In this document: in pieces, positions 12,242-25,170 of the stretch
Position numbering within the stretch: position 1 is the stretch's first letter
Layout of the letters: every line of letters begins with the position of its first letter
Assembly (NCBI RefSeq): GCF_009914755.1
Contig: NC_060933.1
Direction: 5' to 3' (one strand)
Length of the DNA: 64,000 nt
From: the human T2T-CHM13v2.0 reference genome, Homo sapiens
Notes under the pieces: generated by a model
Seen by the model: the letters and a program-made list of their open reading frames with translations, nothing else
What the model was told of the DNA's origin: nothing
Database searches by the model: none
Translations under genes and position numbers: made by a program

Positions 12242-14809
12242 TTAAGAAGATATTCAGGATTGAGCAGCATTGATAAGCCAACAGGGTAGAGTGATAACGA
12301 TGGGGTTTAACATTCATTATGGAATCTTAGAAAGTCATTGCTGAAAGCTCTGTTGCAAAGCCTCCTTTCCTCTCTTTTCTCCCCTCTACCTTGTGTTTTA
12401 GTTAAATTGGTTTACTTGATTAACCACCAGAGCACATACTCTGTACTTCCCCACCCTTGTCTTTGTGATTTCCCCTTCATTTGTGCCTTCTTTTTCTATT
12501 TACCACCACTTTTCTCCTATCTTTACCTACCCAAATCTTTTCCAAGACCTGACCCAGTGGTATCTTCTTCCAAAACATACTTCTCCTCTTTAAATGTATG
12601 TTACCCACAATATGGAAACATTATTTCCCTGCTTTGAGCTCCTATGCATTTTATCTGTAGTACTTCTGTAGCCTTTATCACTTTTCATTTTTCTTCTTAC
12701 CTGGTTATGTGCATAACATATCTTCGCCTCTAGATTATATGTTTCTAGAGAGTAGCTACCATACCTTATTATCTTTATATTTTTCAGTGTCTTGTACCTA
12801 ATAGTGCTTTATTACTGTTTGTTTTGTGTGTGTGCCCAAAGGTCCTATCATGATTGCCTAGCTCATTAATGTCCAGAAATTCATGTGGCCAACTTTTCCA
12901 GTGTATCATTTTCTGGTTTGAATGGCTGGAGAAAGGAGAGGATCAAGGCTCATTTAAAGGCTGGGGTCCTCTGGGACGGCCACAGTGGGTGCCATTGCCC
13001 CCTAGCACAGTAGAGGTCATTGTGATGCTGCTATCATGTCTCCATTGGAGGAGTGAGGGTGAAAATACCAGTGTGTTCCTTCAAGGGCCTGGAGCGCTGA
13101 CAGATAGAAAAGATTTCTGGTCCTCTCTGACAAGCTAGATTCTCAATACAAGTAGAAATAAAAAGGAGCAAAAGAGACCAATTCACACAATACTTCCTTC
13201 TTTATTCAGATAAGATACACTTTACATGCTTTACGAGGTTAATGTCCCCTGCTCCTGATTACAAAAATCTGATTGGCATATTAATTAAGTTATAAAAGTG
13301 AGAGAAGGAAGAACCACAAAAGAGGTGGCAGCTGCTCTTTTGCTGCTGAATCCATTCAGGATATAAAATTTTGCTGAGATATTTATTGTAAAATAGTTTT
13401 TTTTTTTTCCCCTCCTGTTGCTTTTATTTTTAGCCGGCGTTACCCCAGCATCTGTTCCACCTCGTGTGAGAAATGTGTTGAAATGGGAGGGCGAGAGGAA
13501 TGTACTTAAAAAAAAATTGGGAAGGCTTCTGCAGAGTGTGAGAGGAGAGGCAACACATCCTACTCTAATCAAAGTCTGAGACTCCTGGGAGGAAGTCGCT
13601 TTCCTCCTCTTGACACTCATATTTTCAGATCCCAGAGTTTTAAGAGACATCTGGGAAAAACTCAGATTTTGTCAGCAACATCCCTACTAAGTGCTTGCCC
13701 AACTGTTGCTTGAGTGCTTTCAATGATGGGAAATTCATGACCTTCAAAAGCATCTTTAAAGGAGAAAATACAACAGACCGGTCTTCAGGATCTTGTTTGT
13801 AAGGAACAAAGAGACACCATAGGAGCCAGTTTTGGAGTCATGGGGAGCCAGCCCTTCATTGGCTGGTGGAGTTTCATGTCCTCATCAATTAAAGAATTCT
13901 TCCTCATTCATAGATAAAGCTTCTACTCCTTGTTTCTCCTTTGGTCTACTGACCCATGTATGACAAATCTATTGCCTATTCAAATGTTTAAAGCCTGGTT
14001 TCTCTCCTAAGAGTTCTGTTCTTCAAGTTAAATTTCCCAGTCGTTTCATGAGTTCCTTTGAAGGCATGTTTTTGAGCACTTTGCCTTTCTAGTTATTCTT
14101 GCCCTAACCATCTGAATCTACTAAAGATATGAGTTCCTGATTTGAATTTATTGTCTACTTGAAGGGATACTTACTTTGCAGGTGTAGGGAAGGAAAGAGG
14201 TTCTGACATCTTATTCTGTTTTTTATTACCTCTTACCTCAAGTCAGCATTAATCAATTGATAACCTAGGCTTTGGCTTGCAGGTTATCAGATCTTGTTAC
14301 TAAAAGGAGTTGATTTGTTCTATAAGGAAAACATCATGTAACATAGGGGCTGAAATTTTAGGCCTTCAGTTAAAGCACTAGTTTATGAAGATATGTATTC
14401 TGATTCTTGCAGAAAATAGTTTATGATAGATTACAAGTTAGGCCACATAAAATGGGATACAATTTGGGGAAAAAAAAATTTGGAGAAAATGAAGTTATTG
14501 AATTAAAATCCTGAGATAAATCACTGGAATTGGGCATTAAACAGTGTCCAAGTGTCCCAATAAAGACAAAAATAAAAATATAGTAAGTCTTTTGGTTTTT
14601 CTCTGTTAGAAGAAAATGTTTCTTTTGGATGAACACATTTTGTCCTACAAAGAATGTACCACATAATAAATCCATTTATTTATATTCCATCTCATTCCTT
14701 CTGAAAGTATGCCACGTGGTGCTAGGGATCATGCCTCTCTTGTTCAGTGTCCCATCCCGCCCGCTGAAGATAGTGTTGGCACTTACAGACACTCGTAATG
14801 TTTTTTGAC

Positions 14810-15200
14810 AAGATTCCATAAAAAAGATTTGAGGCTGTTGACTGTAAAATCACTTGCAATAAAACATTATATGATAAAAATTAATCATAATAAGAACCAG
14901 AAAAATAAGTAATACATGAAGTTTAGTGATGGAACATAAGCTGAGTTACTGTGAGAGTCAAAGGATTTTGACTGTAGGTGAACCTCATATTTGACACCGA
15001 GCTTGTGGTGGTAAGAGTGGAAAAGAAGATATAATCAGCATCATGAATCTGATGCCTGAAATAGAAAAGTATTTCACTTACTTGCAGGAAGCAAAAGTTT
15101 TCCTACATATTTTGAGAGACATTTCTCATGTAGAAACCTATGGAGGGTTTGGGGGGCCATGCTTTTAGCAACATTCCCATTGCAAATACAGTTAAAGGCT
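14810..15200 (-). mobile_element. Possible L4/RTE-X remnant
   Basis: AAAAGATTTGAGGCTG and downstream motifs resemble recalled L4. Highly decayed. Confidence 0.35.
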
Positions 15201-15592
15201 GTCCCTCATAGCATCCAGAGATGAGAGCAGAGGGACCACGGTGACATGTAACTCTCACAGTGAAGGCAAATGGGTGCCTCCTCCCATGCATTCTCACAGA
15301 GGGATGCTAAGAAGTGTAGGAGATGGGTTTGAGTTTTGCTTTTGCAGATGTTTCCACTTGGTCACTGTGAATTCAAAACAAAGTCAAGCTTGGCACCTAG
15401 AAGAAGGAGGGAAGACCACTAGAATTGATCAGGGGCCATTATTGGGTACTCCCTTACTCTGCTGGTGATTTTCACCCTGAATCACCCTATAATGCAGGTA
15501 AACTTGTTTTAATGAATCCTGAAGGGTCCATCAACTTGAGTTAATGGTAAATTATGTCCCCAGGGAACTGAGGGAAACAACAAGATTGATGT

Positions 15593-15730
15593 TGTCTTAG
15601 TTTGGGTTTCCCTGAAATCAGACTCCAAAACAAGCCCTTGAGTGTGGTGGTTTGTTGAGGAGGCCATCCCAGGAAGCTCAACTGAGGAAATGGGGAATGT
15701 GAGATAGGGAAGGAAGCAAACCCAATAGTC
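15593..15730 (-). mobile_element. LTR16/LTR67B-type ERVL LTR fragment
   Basis: TGTCTTAGTTTGGGTTTCCCTGAAATCAGAC...CCCAGGAAG, same family as 16870. Confidence 0.55.
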
Positions 15731-16313
15731 TTATTAGCGATTGGTTTGCCCTCTAGGTGGAGAATATTGACTTGATTTTTACCTCTTTGAGACTTTTCAA
15801 AAATTCTCCAGCCTATTGTGTTTTTGCCTTCCCTCGTTCCCATTGCATATAATGTGACTGGCACTCCTGTATCACCAACCATATCACGTGGTGTCTCAGC
15901 ATTTGTGATACAGATGTTTTTTTCTACTAGAAATTGAGTTCCTTGAAAAAAGTAATAACTGCATTTCAATTTTTTTGCTCTGGCACACAATAAGCAAAAA
16001 TATTTGTTGATTGTATTCATGTGGACCTCCCACCATCAAGTGGAGCAATCACATCCTTGAGAATCCATTGCCCAGTTCTCTTCTGTGTGGCTGGACCTGA
16101 CCTGGCAAAACAAATTCTTTGATAAAGGGTCAGCAGGAATGTCTCTCTTCTTTTGTGAGTAATACCACCAGAAGTGATTTTAGATTTTTGTTGCTATAGA
16201 AACCTCAGAAAGTACATTACCTTCAATGCAAAGGCATCTTATTCCTTAAAAATTTCATGTTTGAATGATTTAAATGCAGGTCCCAGCTGGGTGATTAAAT
16301 GCTTCATGTGAGG

Positions 16314-16570
16314 GAAGCAGTATAATGTAGTGGTTAAATGTGTAGTAGGCTTTAGCTTCAGACTGCCTGGGTTCAACTGCTGGCTCCATCACTTAATAAC
16401 TGTGTGACCTTGAACAAGTCAGATGAAGAAATTGATGCTCAGAGATAGTATGTAGCTTTCCCAAGAATTCACAGCTCCACTACTTAAAACTTTACATGGT
16501 AGTTAATATTAGCTACAGAAACTTGTCCAAGGTCATACTACTAGTAAGTGATTAAGTCAGAATTTGAACA
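16314..16570. mobile_element. Two MIR fragments in opposite orientation
   Basis: Sense MIR 5' half (GACTGCCTGGGTTCAA..TGTGTGACCTTGAACAAGT) followed by antisense MIR. Confidence 0.8.
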
Positions 16571-16869
16571 AGGAAAAAGAAAATAATGCCACCCTCTCTT
16601 TTCCATTTCTTATTTTTTTTTGGAAGAAAAGTTCATATGGACTCTTATTGAAAAGGAGTTTAATTACATTACTGTATGAACTGAGAGTCTATTTCTAGTA
16701 ACAGGCAATAGCTTGTTGTATCACTGTGCTTCAACAATATAATCCCTCCTAAAATAGAATCATTTTTGTTTGTTTTAATAGAAACCACTTATTGGGTGCC
16801 TACTACATACCATGTTCCAAATCAACATAATTTATAATCCTCAAAATAATCCTGCAAAGTAAATTTCAT

Positions 16870-17788
16870 TGTCTTAGTCGAGTTTTCCTACAGGCAGGCC
16901 CTGAGAGAACGATTCAAATTCAAGTACAGTTGCACTTTTAACAACACGGGTTTGAACTATACCAGTCCACTTATGGATTTTTTTTAATAAAAGTTACACC
17001 GGGAGTAACTCTTTTCCTGCCTCACCTTCCACCTCCTCCTTCTGCCTCTGCCACTTCTCAGACATCAAAAACCTCCCTCTTCCTTCTCCTCTGCTTTCTC
17101 AATGTGAAGACAATGAGGATGAAGACCTTTAAGATGAATCATTTTGTCTTGATGACTAGTAAATAGACTTTCTCTTCCTTATGGTTTTCTTAATAACATT
17201 TTCCTTTCTCTAGCTTACATTTTTATAAGAATGCAGTACATAATACATATCATGTACAAAATATGTGTTAATTTACTGTTTACATTATCAGTAAGGCTTC
17301 CAGTGAACAATAGACTATTGGTAGTTAAGTTTTTGGGGGATCAGAAATGATACATATATTTCCTACTGCCCCTAGCCCTTGCATTATTCAAGGGTCCACT
17401 GCAATTTATTTGAACGATGATCCCAGGAGATATGAATGGAGAAGTAGTGAGCAGGAAAGGGAAACAGCAAATTCAGGGTGTACTATCAAGAACATTAACG
17501 CTGTGGGCAACTGGGGTTAATCCTGCTGAGCACCTCCAGGAGCTATTGTAGAACAAGCACTTCAGGGTTATCCTAGTGAAGGTGTGAGGGAACTGGGGCA
17601 TTTTATACACCAGGTCCAGCTACTCACTTGGCGGCACTCTGAGATAACGGTAATTCTCCGGTAACTGTGGCTTACCTTGGATCAGCAGAGTAAGCGCCAG
17701 CAGATATATTCTTAGGCAAAAATGTGCCAGTATCGGCAGGTGGAGGACTCAAGGGAACATGGGTGGGACACTTACGAAGTCAGCTACA
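16870..17788 (-). mobile_element. LTR16/LTR67B-type ERVL LTR inserted in a MIR (~16780-17945) and split by Tigger2a
   Basis: TGTCTTAGTC..CCCTGAGAGAACGATTCAAATTCAAGTA, then ATTTATTTG..GATCCCAGG after the insert. Ends CAGCTACA. Confidence 0.6.
16927..17401 (+). mobile_element. Tigger2a (MER28-type) MITE
   Basis: TA|CAGTTGCACTTTTAACAACACGGGTTTGAACT ... TTATTCAAGGGTCCACTG TIRs. Body has GAAGACAATGAGGATGAAGACCTTT. Confidence 0.85.
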
Positions 17789-18098
17789 GTTAATTACTAT
17801 CCACATTTGAGGTTGAGGAAACTGAGGTTCAGAGAAGTGAATTGACATGTCCCAGATCTCTTATGTAAAATGTTGGATCTGGCATTAGAATTCAGAACAT
17901 TCTGACTCTAAAATCTGAACTTTTTCTACTCCTCGCGTCATCCTGCCTTACAACCTTGGGCTGGAAAGTAACTAGTGAGTCTTCGTGAACTGAAACTAGT
18001 CTGAGAACTACAACTGATATGAGGAAACGTGCTTTTGAGGGTGCCAGGGAGTTTGGAATAGTATAATTGTTCTGTGTTATAGTAATTGGGATTCACCC

Positions 18099-18573
18099 TG
18101 TCATAGGTTGAATTGTGTCTCCCATGACACCCCCCCTCCTCAAAAAAAAAGATGTCAAAGTCCTAACCCTTCAGTATCTTAGAATGTCACCTTATTTGGA
18201 AATAGGGATTTTTTTTCCCTAGATGAAATTAGTTAAGATGACATCATACTGGAGTAGGATCGGCCCCTAATCATATATGACTGGTGACTTTCTAAGACAG
18301 CAATATGTAGACAGAGATGCCCAAAGAGAACACTATGAGACAAAGAAAGCAGACATTGGAGTTATGCAGCCACAGCCAAGGAGCACCAAGGATTGCCAGA
18401 AAATCACCAGAAGCTAGGAAGAAGCAAGGAAAGATTCAGAGGGAGCATGGCCCACCCTGCTGATGCCTTGATTTTGGACTTCTAGTCTCCAGAACTGTGA
18501 GACAATAAATTTATATTATTTTAAGCCCCCTAGTTAGTGGTATTTTGTTAGACAGCTCTGGGAAACCAATACA
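18099..18573 (+). mobile_element. MLT1C MaLR solo LTR
   Basis: TG..CA termini, CCTTATTTGGAAATAGG, CACCAGAAGCTAGG, CAGAACTGTGAGACAATAAATT. TSD CACCC/AACCC. Confidence 0.85.
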
Positions 18574-20146
18574 AACCCATTTTTCTTTAATAAAACTTTT
18601 ATTGAAACTAGTGATCGTGCAAGAGGGAGATTTGGTGCAGCTTGCAGAATTGCCCGAGTTGTAGTTCGCATGATGACTCTTCTTTGGTGTGATGTGGGTC
18701 CCTTGAGGAATCAATGCTTCTGAAACAGAAAATATATAGCAATGAGGTTTGGATGAAAATAATTTCCTTATTTAGTACTTCCTAGGCTCTACCTTGATTG
18801 ATGTATCTAGCTCTGATTTCAGCTAAGGTAAAATAGACTCACTTTCATAGACAGAGAAACATGAAAATGGGAGCAGTAAAGGAACCCAGCATGAGGTTCC
18901 AGGCCCCTGCACATCTCTGGCATCTCATGTAGCCTCTTGCAAGGCATTCCCCACCTGATCCTCCAGGATTCCATGAGAAGCTTCTCCTGCTCTGCTGCAC
19001 TGCCAGTACTTGAGCAACTTGCCTGGGACAAAAAATAACTAAAAGAAGATTCATTCTTAGAAATGATAATCCTTGGCCTTAGACAGAGGGAGCACTGAGG
19101 GAGCACTCTCCTCTTCGGGGGAGTGGGGAGAGTAAGGAATGAGTTTCCAAGTTGTGTTAAGAGCACCCAGAAACAGTGAGGTCATCCCATGTGCAAATGA
19201 TGGTGAACTGTAGCCCACACTTGGGAAGAATGTGTATAGGCCACTTTCTGCTTCTGTCATCTTGAGACAAAATCATTTCAATGTGGCTTATGTTCTCATC
19301 ACCTTGTACACTGACATGGAAAACAACTTAAAACTCTAGTGAATCTGATTTCAGTGTATTTGGGGCTGCTGCTTTGGGTGTCGCTCAGCCATCAGCAATG
19401 GACCCCTACTGAAATACCGTTACTCAAAAAGAGAGATGTACCTTTGCATCCACATTGGTTACTGTTCGGCTATGTGATACAATGGAAAAACTGTAGGTAT
19501 TGGAAATGTGGAAGTCTGGATTTGAATGCTAAAACTGCTAATGCTTTCGTTGCTCTGTTTCCTTCTATGTCTGTAACTATAATGTGGACGTAAAAATACC
19601 CCTGTTACAGTGTTGAAGGATTAAATGAGGGTAAGGAGAGAATCCATGCTCTAGGTCCCTTGGAGGATCAGATGTACAAACTAAATCTATAAGAATTAAG
19701 TGCTGTGCCTGTAAGCAATCAACACCTTTTAGCTCTTCTTGTTACCGTTATCACTGTTAAGAGATAATGTATGCAAAATATCTGGCATGTCAGAAGTAGG
19801 CATATGTATTCTTTCTTAGGATGCTGCAAATTTGACCACTGCAAATATATATTGAGTCCAAAGGAACGGGAAGTAACTTATAACATATCTATCTATGTCT
19901 ATATATTTATATCTATATCATCTGTCTTATAATGGTATCCAAATAAGTTTTTCTCTACTTAGGAATTTATGAAGACAAAAGACTTGTTATGGCAAACAGA
20001 ATTTACCTTTCAGAGTTACAGGTAAATAGTGTACAGGCATCCCCACAGAATGATCTTGGGATAAATACCAATCCCTCCTCACTTTGACGGTGATGACACT
20101 CTTAGCCATGGCGTTAGTGTTGCCTGTCATATTTAGGGTCTATATA

Positions 20147-20308
20147 AGTGTTTCTCAAACTTTTCATGGGCCTACCAATCACTTGGGAACCTCATCAAGA
20201 TATAAATGCAGATTCAGGGGTCTGGAGTGAAGCCTGAGGTGCTCCATTTCTGACAGGCTCCCGGGTGATGCCGATGCTCCTCATTGGCTGCACTTTGAGA
20301 AGCAAGGC
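20147..20308 (+). mobile_element. MER5A-type hAT-Charlie MITE
   Basis: AGTGTTTCTCAAAC ... CAGGCTCCCGGGTGATGCCGATGC..CACTTTGAGAAGCAAGG. Confidence 0.8.
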
Positions 20309-22319
20309 AATGGATGCTTTCTTATTGTCCCCATCCTGTTCCATGGCATCTACACATCTAACTCTTTGTGGACCCCATTGTTCCTTGTCAGTTCACATCG
20401 GGCTGATTACTTCTGTGGCTCATTTACTCTTTCAACATTTATTGAGTCGTTACGATGTGCCAGAAACTATGTCAGGCACTGAAACTCACAGATGATATTC
20501 TGGATTAGATCACGGGCATGCATTTCAGTGCCATTGACATGAGTTGTAGCTTTTTTTTTCAGAGGGACAAGTGCCTGTGGGTTGTGATGTGTACTCTTGG
20601 CATTCCCCTGCCTCTTTTCAACTATCAGCGTTGTGGACTGAGTCAAGAACATGTGGTAGGGAAAGAAGTTGTCCTTTTCAAATTTAAGCCAGCTAACTCC
20701 ACCCCTGTGCATCTACATAGTCTGACTCTTTGTTGGGTGCCTGCCCATTTTGACACAAAATTCTTCTCCTTTGTAAGACTCTAAATAGAATCACAGGGTC
20801 ACAGTGAATTCTGCACAGCAGACAACTCAGGTAAAGTCTGGAAGATATGCCTATTTGCTTGTCTTTCTGCATTTATTATCAAAGAGGTTCCTTCCAGCCC
20901 ACCCTTTCTCCAATCTTACTGGTTTCTTTCTTCCCTTTCCCAGATTTTCTCTCACCCTCAAATTCTCCTCTTATGCTAAGCAGTTTGGCTCTGTCTTAGC
21001 TCTTTCATATTTTTGTACCAGTTTTGGCAAGCAATGGCTCCTCCATTTTTCAGAGCCCATCCTCTATAGATGGTAGTAGTACATTAAGGCTAACAAACAT
21101 TTCTTCTTTATGAAACATAAAATCCCAGAAACTATGGGTAAAAGAGCTTAGTAACATCTTAGTGTCCTATAGAATGAGGAAATTGTTCTGAAGAAAATAA
21201 CATAAATTAGAAAGCAAACTAATACATCACCAGTGTCTCTTGCCACATGCATGCTGTAGATGGCTGAGCCAATCTTGTAACTTCATCCATTTGTTTCTGC
21301 TCTGATGGCAACAAAGAAACAGAAGCAGCTCGGCAGATTCTCTACACTGATTTCACAGTTTTTAATCCTTATGAATGAAATTGCTTAAGTTCAATCTATA
21401 TTGTAAAGATTTCTTCTTGTGTTTCTATTTCTCCAGTGATTTCTGTTCTTAATTGCTATCGCATAAATCCGTGAAAATGCTAGAGGAGGAATATTCTTAC
21501 AGGAAAACTTGCTTTGTAAAATTCTTATTACAAAATGTCTTCTTTCTGCACTATGGTGATAAGAGAGTCTTTATAGCTCTCCCTGACTTTCCATGGATAA
21601 AACAATTTCTGGGCTGAATGTTAGCTAAGATAATATTTTTCTTGCATTTCTTAAAAATCATTTACTCTATGATTACTTCATGTATTCTCCTATCAACTGT
21701 GTTTGCTGTGACTAGTCTCCCCACTTCCTGTCCCCACCTATGGCAGCTGGACTGAAAGACTATGCACTTGCTTTATGTTTTTGTGCTTAATGGATTCATG
21801 TCCCCTCACATGTGGACCACGTAAGTCAAGGAAGGAAATCATTTTTATGTTCTACATGTTTACTGGGGGTCGTGTCATTTCTTCTTTGACCCAAACTCTG
21901 GCTTGCTGGCATGTGAGCTTGTTTATTCTAGATAAAACATAACTTCCAATTTGGAAGTGATATGGCTTAGCAAGTCTCTTAAAAAGAATTGGAAAGATCT
22001 CTGGACATCAAAGAGCTCTTATGTGCCGACATTTTGTAGAATGTAAAAGAATCTGGAACATATGGATTAGATTCCTGTTAAAATATACACATTCCTTTTA
22101 AAAACTGCTTGAGATAAGCCACATTTTGAATTTCCTCAGCCTCTCTCTTCTCTTCCCTTCTGGTTAATATCCTATCCCACTTTCAGGACATTATTTAAAT
22201 GGCCAAAAACACTGTCTTGATGTTCCTATGATTATCCATCCTGAAGAGGTTTCAGAGACCTGCTTTTTAATTTTCAATCACTTTCATCTTTTCTGATGGA
22301 CAGTTCTATTTCAAATATG

Positions 22320-23120
22320 GGCTCCAGTGATGACTATTGTTTGCACTGTTATGTTTTTTGAACATGCATAGTTTTATTTTTCTGATTTTCTGATAAAGAT
22401 AGACTGTAAGTCCATGTGATTGACCACCAATTCCCTTTTGAAACTTTTCATTGAATTTCTGATTATTAAAGTATCCCAGTTTTCTCTCTACCTCTGTGGC
22501 TACTACTTCAGAGTCTGCTTTATTGTAAGCTGTAGGAGGAGTGGAGCTTTGCTCACTGCTAGGTCTCCAGGACCCTGAACAGTACCTGGCACACAGTTGG
22601 TGCTCAATAGACATTTATTGACTTGAATAACTAAATTTTCTGAATGGAGTTGTGTTTCAGGCTTTATCCTTAACATCTATTCTTGAACTCTTTCTACCTT
22701 ACTTCCTTATAAATCTCAGCCACTCCTATTCTCTCAACTGGTACTCACTGGCCCATCTATCCTCCTGCTTCCTCTATCATGACCCCAATTATGCACAGAC
22801 ACCAATTAGCTGTCTTCCCATCACCTTAGGGGAAAAAACAGTGTAATTCACATTCTTTCCTATAGTCTTGGAGTCAATCTTTGTTTCCACCTTTGCTTTC
22901 CCCACGGTTATCTAGACATTTTTAGCATCATTTACATTCTTCCTTTTTTAATGTCTTCGTTCTTTCCACTTCTATTACCAGTTCTCTAGTATTTTGTCAC
23001 AATACAATATTTCCTCTAAGCTTATCCCCCTCCCTTTCATATCTATCTTTACACTGTTGCTAGATTTATATTCTAAAATCTTGCTGTGCATATATGGTTT
23101 ATGTGCTCAGAAACGTTCAG
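22320..23120 (+). mobile_element. Interleaved L2 fragments
   Basis: L2 tail GTACCTGGCACACAGTTGGTGCTCAATAG (~22580-22630) lies inside pyrimidine-rich L2 body sequence. Confidence 0.6.
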
Positions 23121-23519
23121 TGCAATAGGACTCTTTGGAAAAGGATGATAATTTTTTATTTGAATTCTCAAGGTCCTTCACCCTTTTGTCCAAGTCTATG
23201 TCCCTAACTTCATCAAAATCGAAATGGCATGCTAAGGTGATATTTGAAAGTAATATTCAGATTGATTTGGTGGGAGAGGGCATGTGTGACTTGGATCTGG
23301 GGCAACTGTCATTGAGAGTAATCTTAGAAATAAAGTTTATATTCTTAAAAATAAAGTGGCTGGAGGCCAAGACGTATGTTCAGAAAGTCCTCAAATGCCT
23401 GTTGCTCATGTATTGGTATTGATATGTGTCTAGACTAAGAGATCCTTCCAGAAACTACTTCAGAAATCTAGAAGTTACTTCTGAAATTGATAGCATAATA
23501 GCAGGTTCTGAAAAACATT

Positions 23520-23740
23520 CAAATGTAGATTCAAATCCTTCATTTCCTGAGTAGTTATTACTTTGGGCAAGTTATTTACCTTTTTCACAACTTGGCTTTT
23601 TCATCTATAAAATGGAGGTGAAAATATTTAACATAAAAATTATTGTAAGATTAAAATGAGGTAATTTATGCACTGTACAAGATGCAATCCTAAAATAACA
23701 AAGTTACTCAGTGAATTGTAGATATTATTATCATTATTTT
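23520..23740 (+). mobile_element. MIR
   Basis: CTTTGGGCAAGTTATTTA..TCATCTATAAAATGG core. Confidence 0.7.
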
Positions 23741-24929
23741 TCTTCTTCTTTTAGACCCTTAAATTTTTTGTTTTGGTTCAAAATATCTGGCTACTTATTT
23801 GTCATAGCTGTGTCTCTAACACCCCTTACAGAGATAGGTATTTTATAGACTGTCAATATGTTTTTTTAAAATGGTGATCACAGCGTTACTGACATTTATT
23901 AAAATGGTTACTTGCCTTTGGAAACTTTCACTATTGTCAGGAAGAACCTAAACCAAAAAATCTAGCATCAACCAACAATCTACAGTTGCTGATATCACTG
24001 GTGCTTTTTTATTTTTATCATTCTATTAGTCAAAGTTTTCTATGTGGGTAATATGTCCCTTCAAATATTAACTGAGGCTAATATTTATGGAGTATTTACT
24101 AGGTGCTTGATCTATGTCAGGTAACAAAAACACTGAGTTAAACCCTGTTTTGGGAAGCACATAATGTGAGGACATCCTGCCAAGCATAAAGCATTATGAG
24201 AATGACTGCATCTGCCAGAGTCCTAAGAGCCTTCTTAGAGGAGATGACAATTGAGTTTAATCTAGAAATGATCAGTGGGCTTTAGTGGTGGGGGCGGGGG
24301 GTAGAGTGGATGTGGAATTCCAGGGAAAGAAAATCTTTTGAACATATGATAGGGAGATCTGAAAGGGAATGGCTTGTTTTGAGTGGGCAGGCAATTAAGC
24401 ATGATGACTTCAGAATTTCTACATAGGAGAGCTTGGGGGCAGCATTCTGGTTGTAAAAAAGAGCTAAGAAACATGCGTGAAAGTTGTGTTCACATAGTAC
24501 CTTGGCGTAAAATGATAAGCTATTCATTATTCATACTAAAAATGGGAGTGTGTGGCTTCTGGATGTTACTGGAGGGGATGGGCTCATCTCTTCTAACACA
24601 TCTCCATGGCTCTGTATCCAGGACAATCTGGAGAATTGGCTAAGATAAGTTGTAGAGGAGACAGAAGCAGGTAGAACTAGATAATGGAAAATGCCGTTAA
24701 CCATGTGAAGGATCTTTTGCAAGGTTTAAAATGATCAGCTTGAGGTCTCAGAAAGTTGAGTCTGGCTAGAGTATGGAGGGTCCATTGGGAGACGATGAAA
24801 ATGGAGACAACAGGTGAATTAGGAGCAGTGACATGGATGCAAAAAATAATTGAGCTCATTCTTTACTACAACTTTTTTTGATTGATAAGAAAACATTTTA
24901 TCTACGAGGTAGTTACACTAAAATATTAT

Positions 24930-25170
24930 AATACATAACATTTATTGAGCTATGTTTTAAACATTTTTTAGCCTCTTTCCATGAACTAATTTGCTTAATC
25001 TTTATGACAACCCTGTATTTAAGGATTTATTGTTTTCTTTCATTTATAGATTAAAAAAATGAGGCACAGGCAGGTTAAGCAATGTGCCCAAGGTTCACAG
25101 GCGTAAAGAATTAGAATTAGACTTAGGTCTTAGGTGGCCTGATTCCAGAGCTAGTGCTACTAATTATTAT
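24930..25170 (-). mobile_element. MIR
   Basis: TGAGGCACAG..GGTTAAGCAATGTGCCCAAGGT..CTGATTCCAGAGC. Confidence 0.7.

Noticed and set aside
15541-16020. 159-aa minus-strand ORF
   Set aside because: Runs across L2 and LTR remnants, with no domain or splice support
18670-18723. ATGATGA ... CTGA pair resembling a box C/D snoRNA
   Set aside because: Only ~54 nt apart, with no terminal stem in K-turn register and no clear D'/C' boxes
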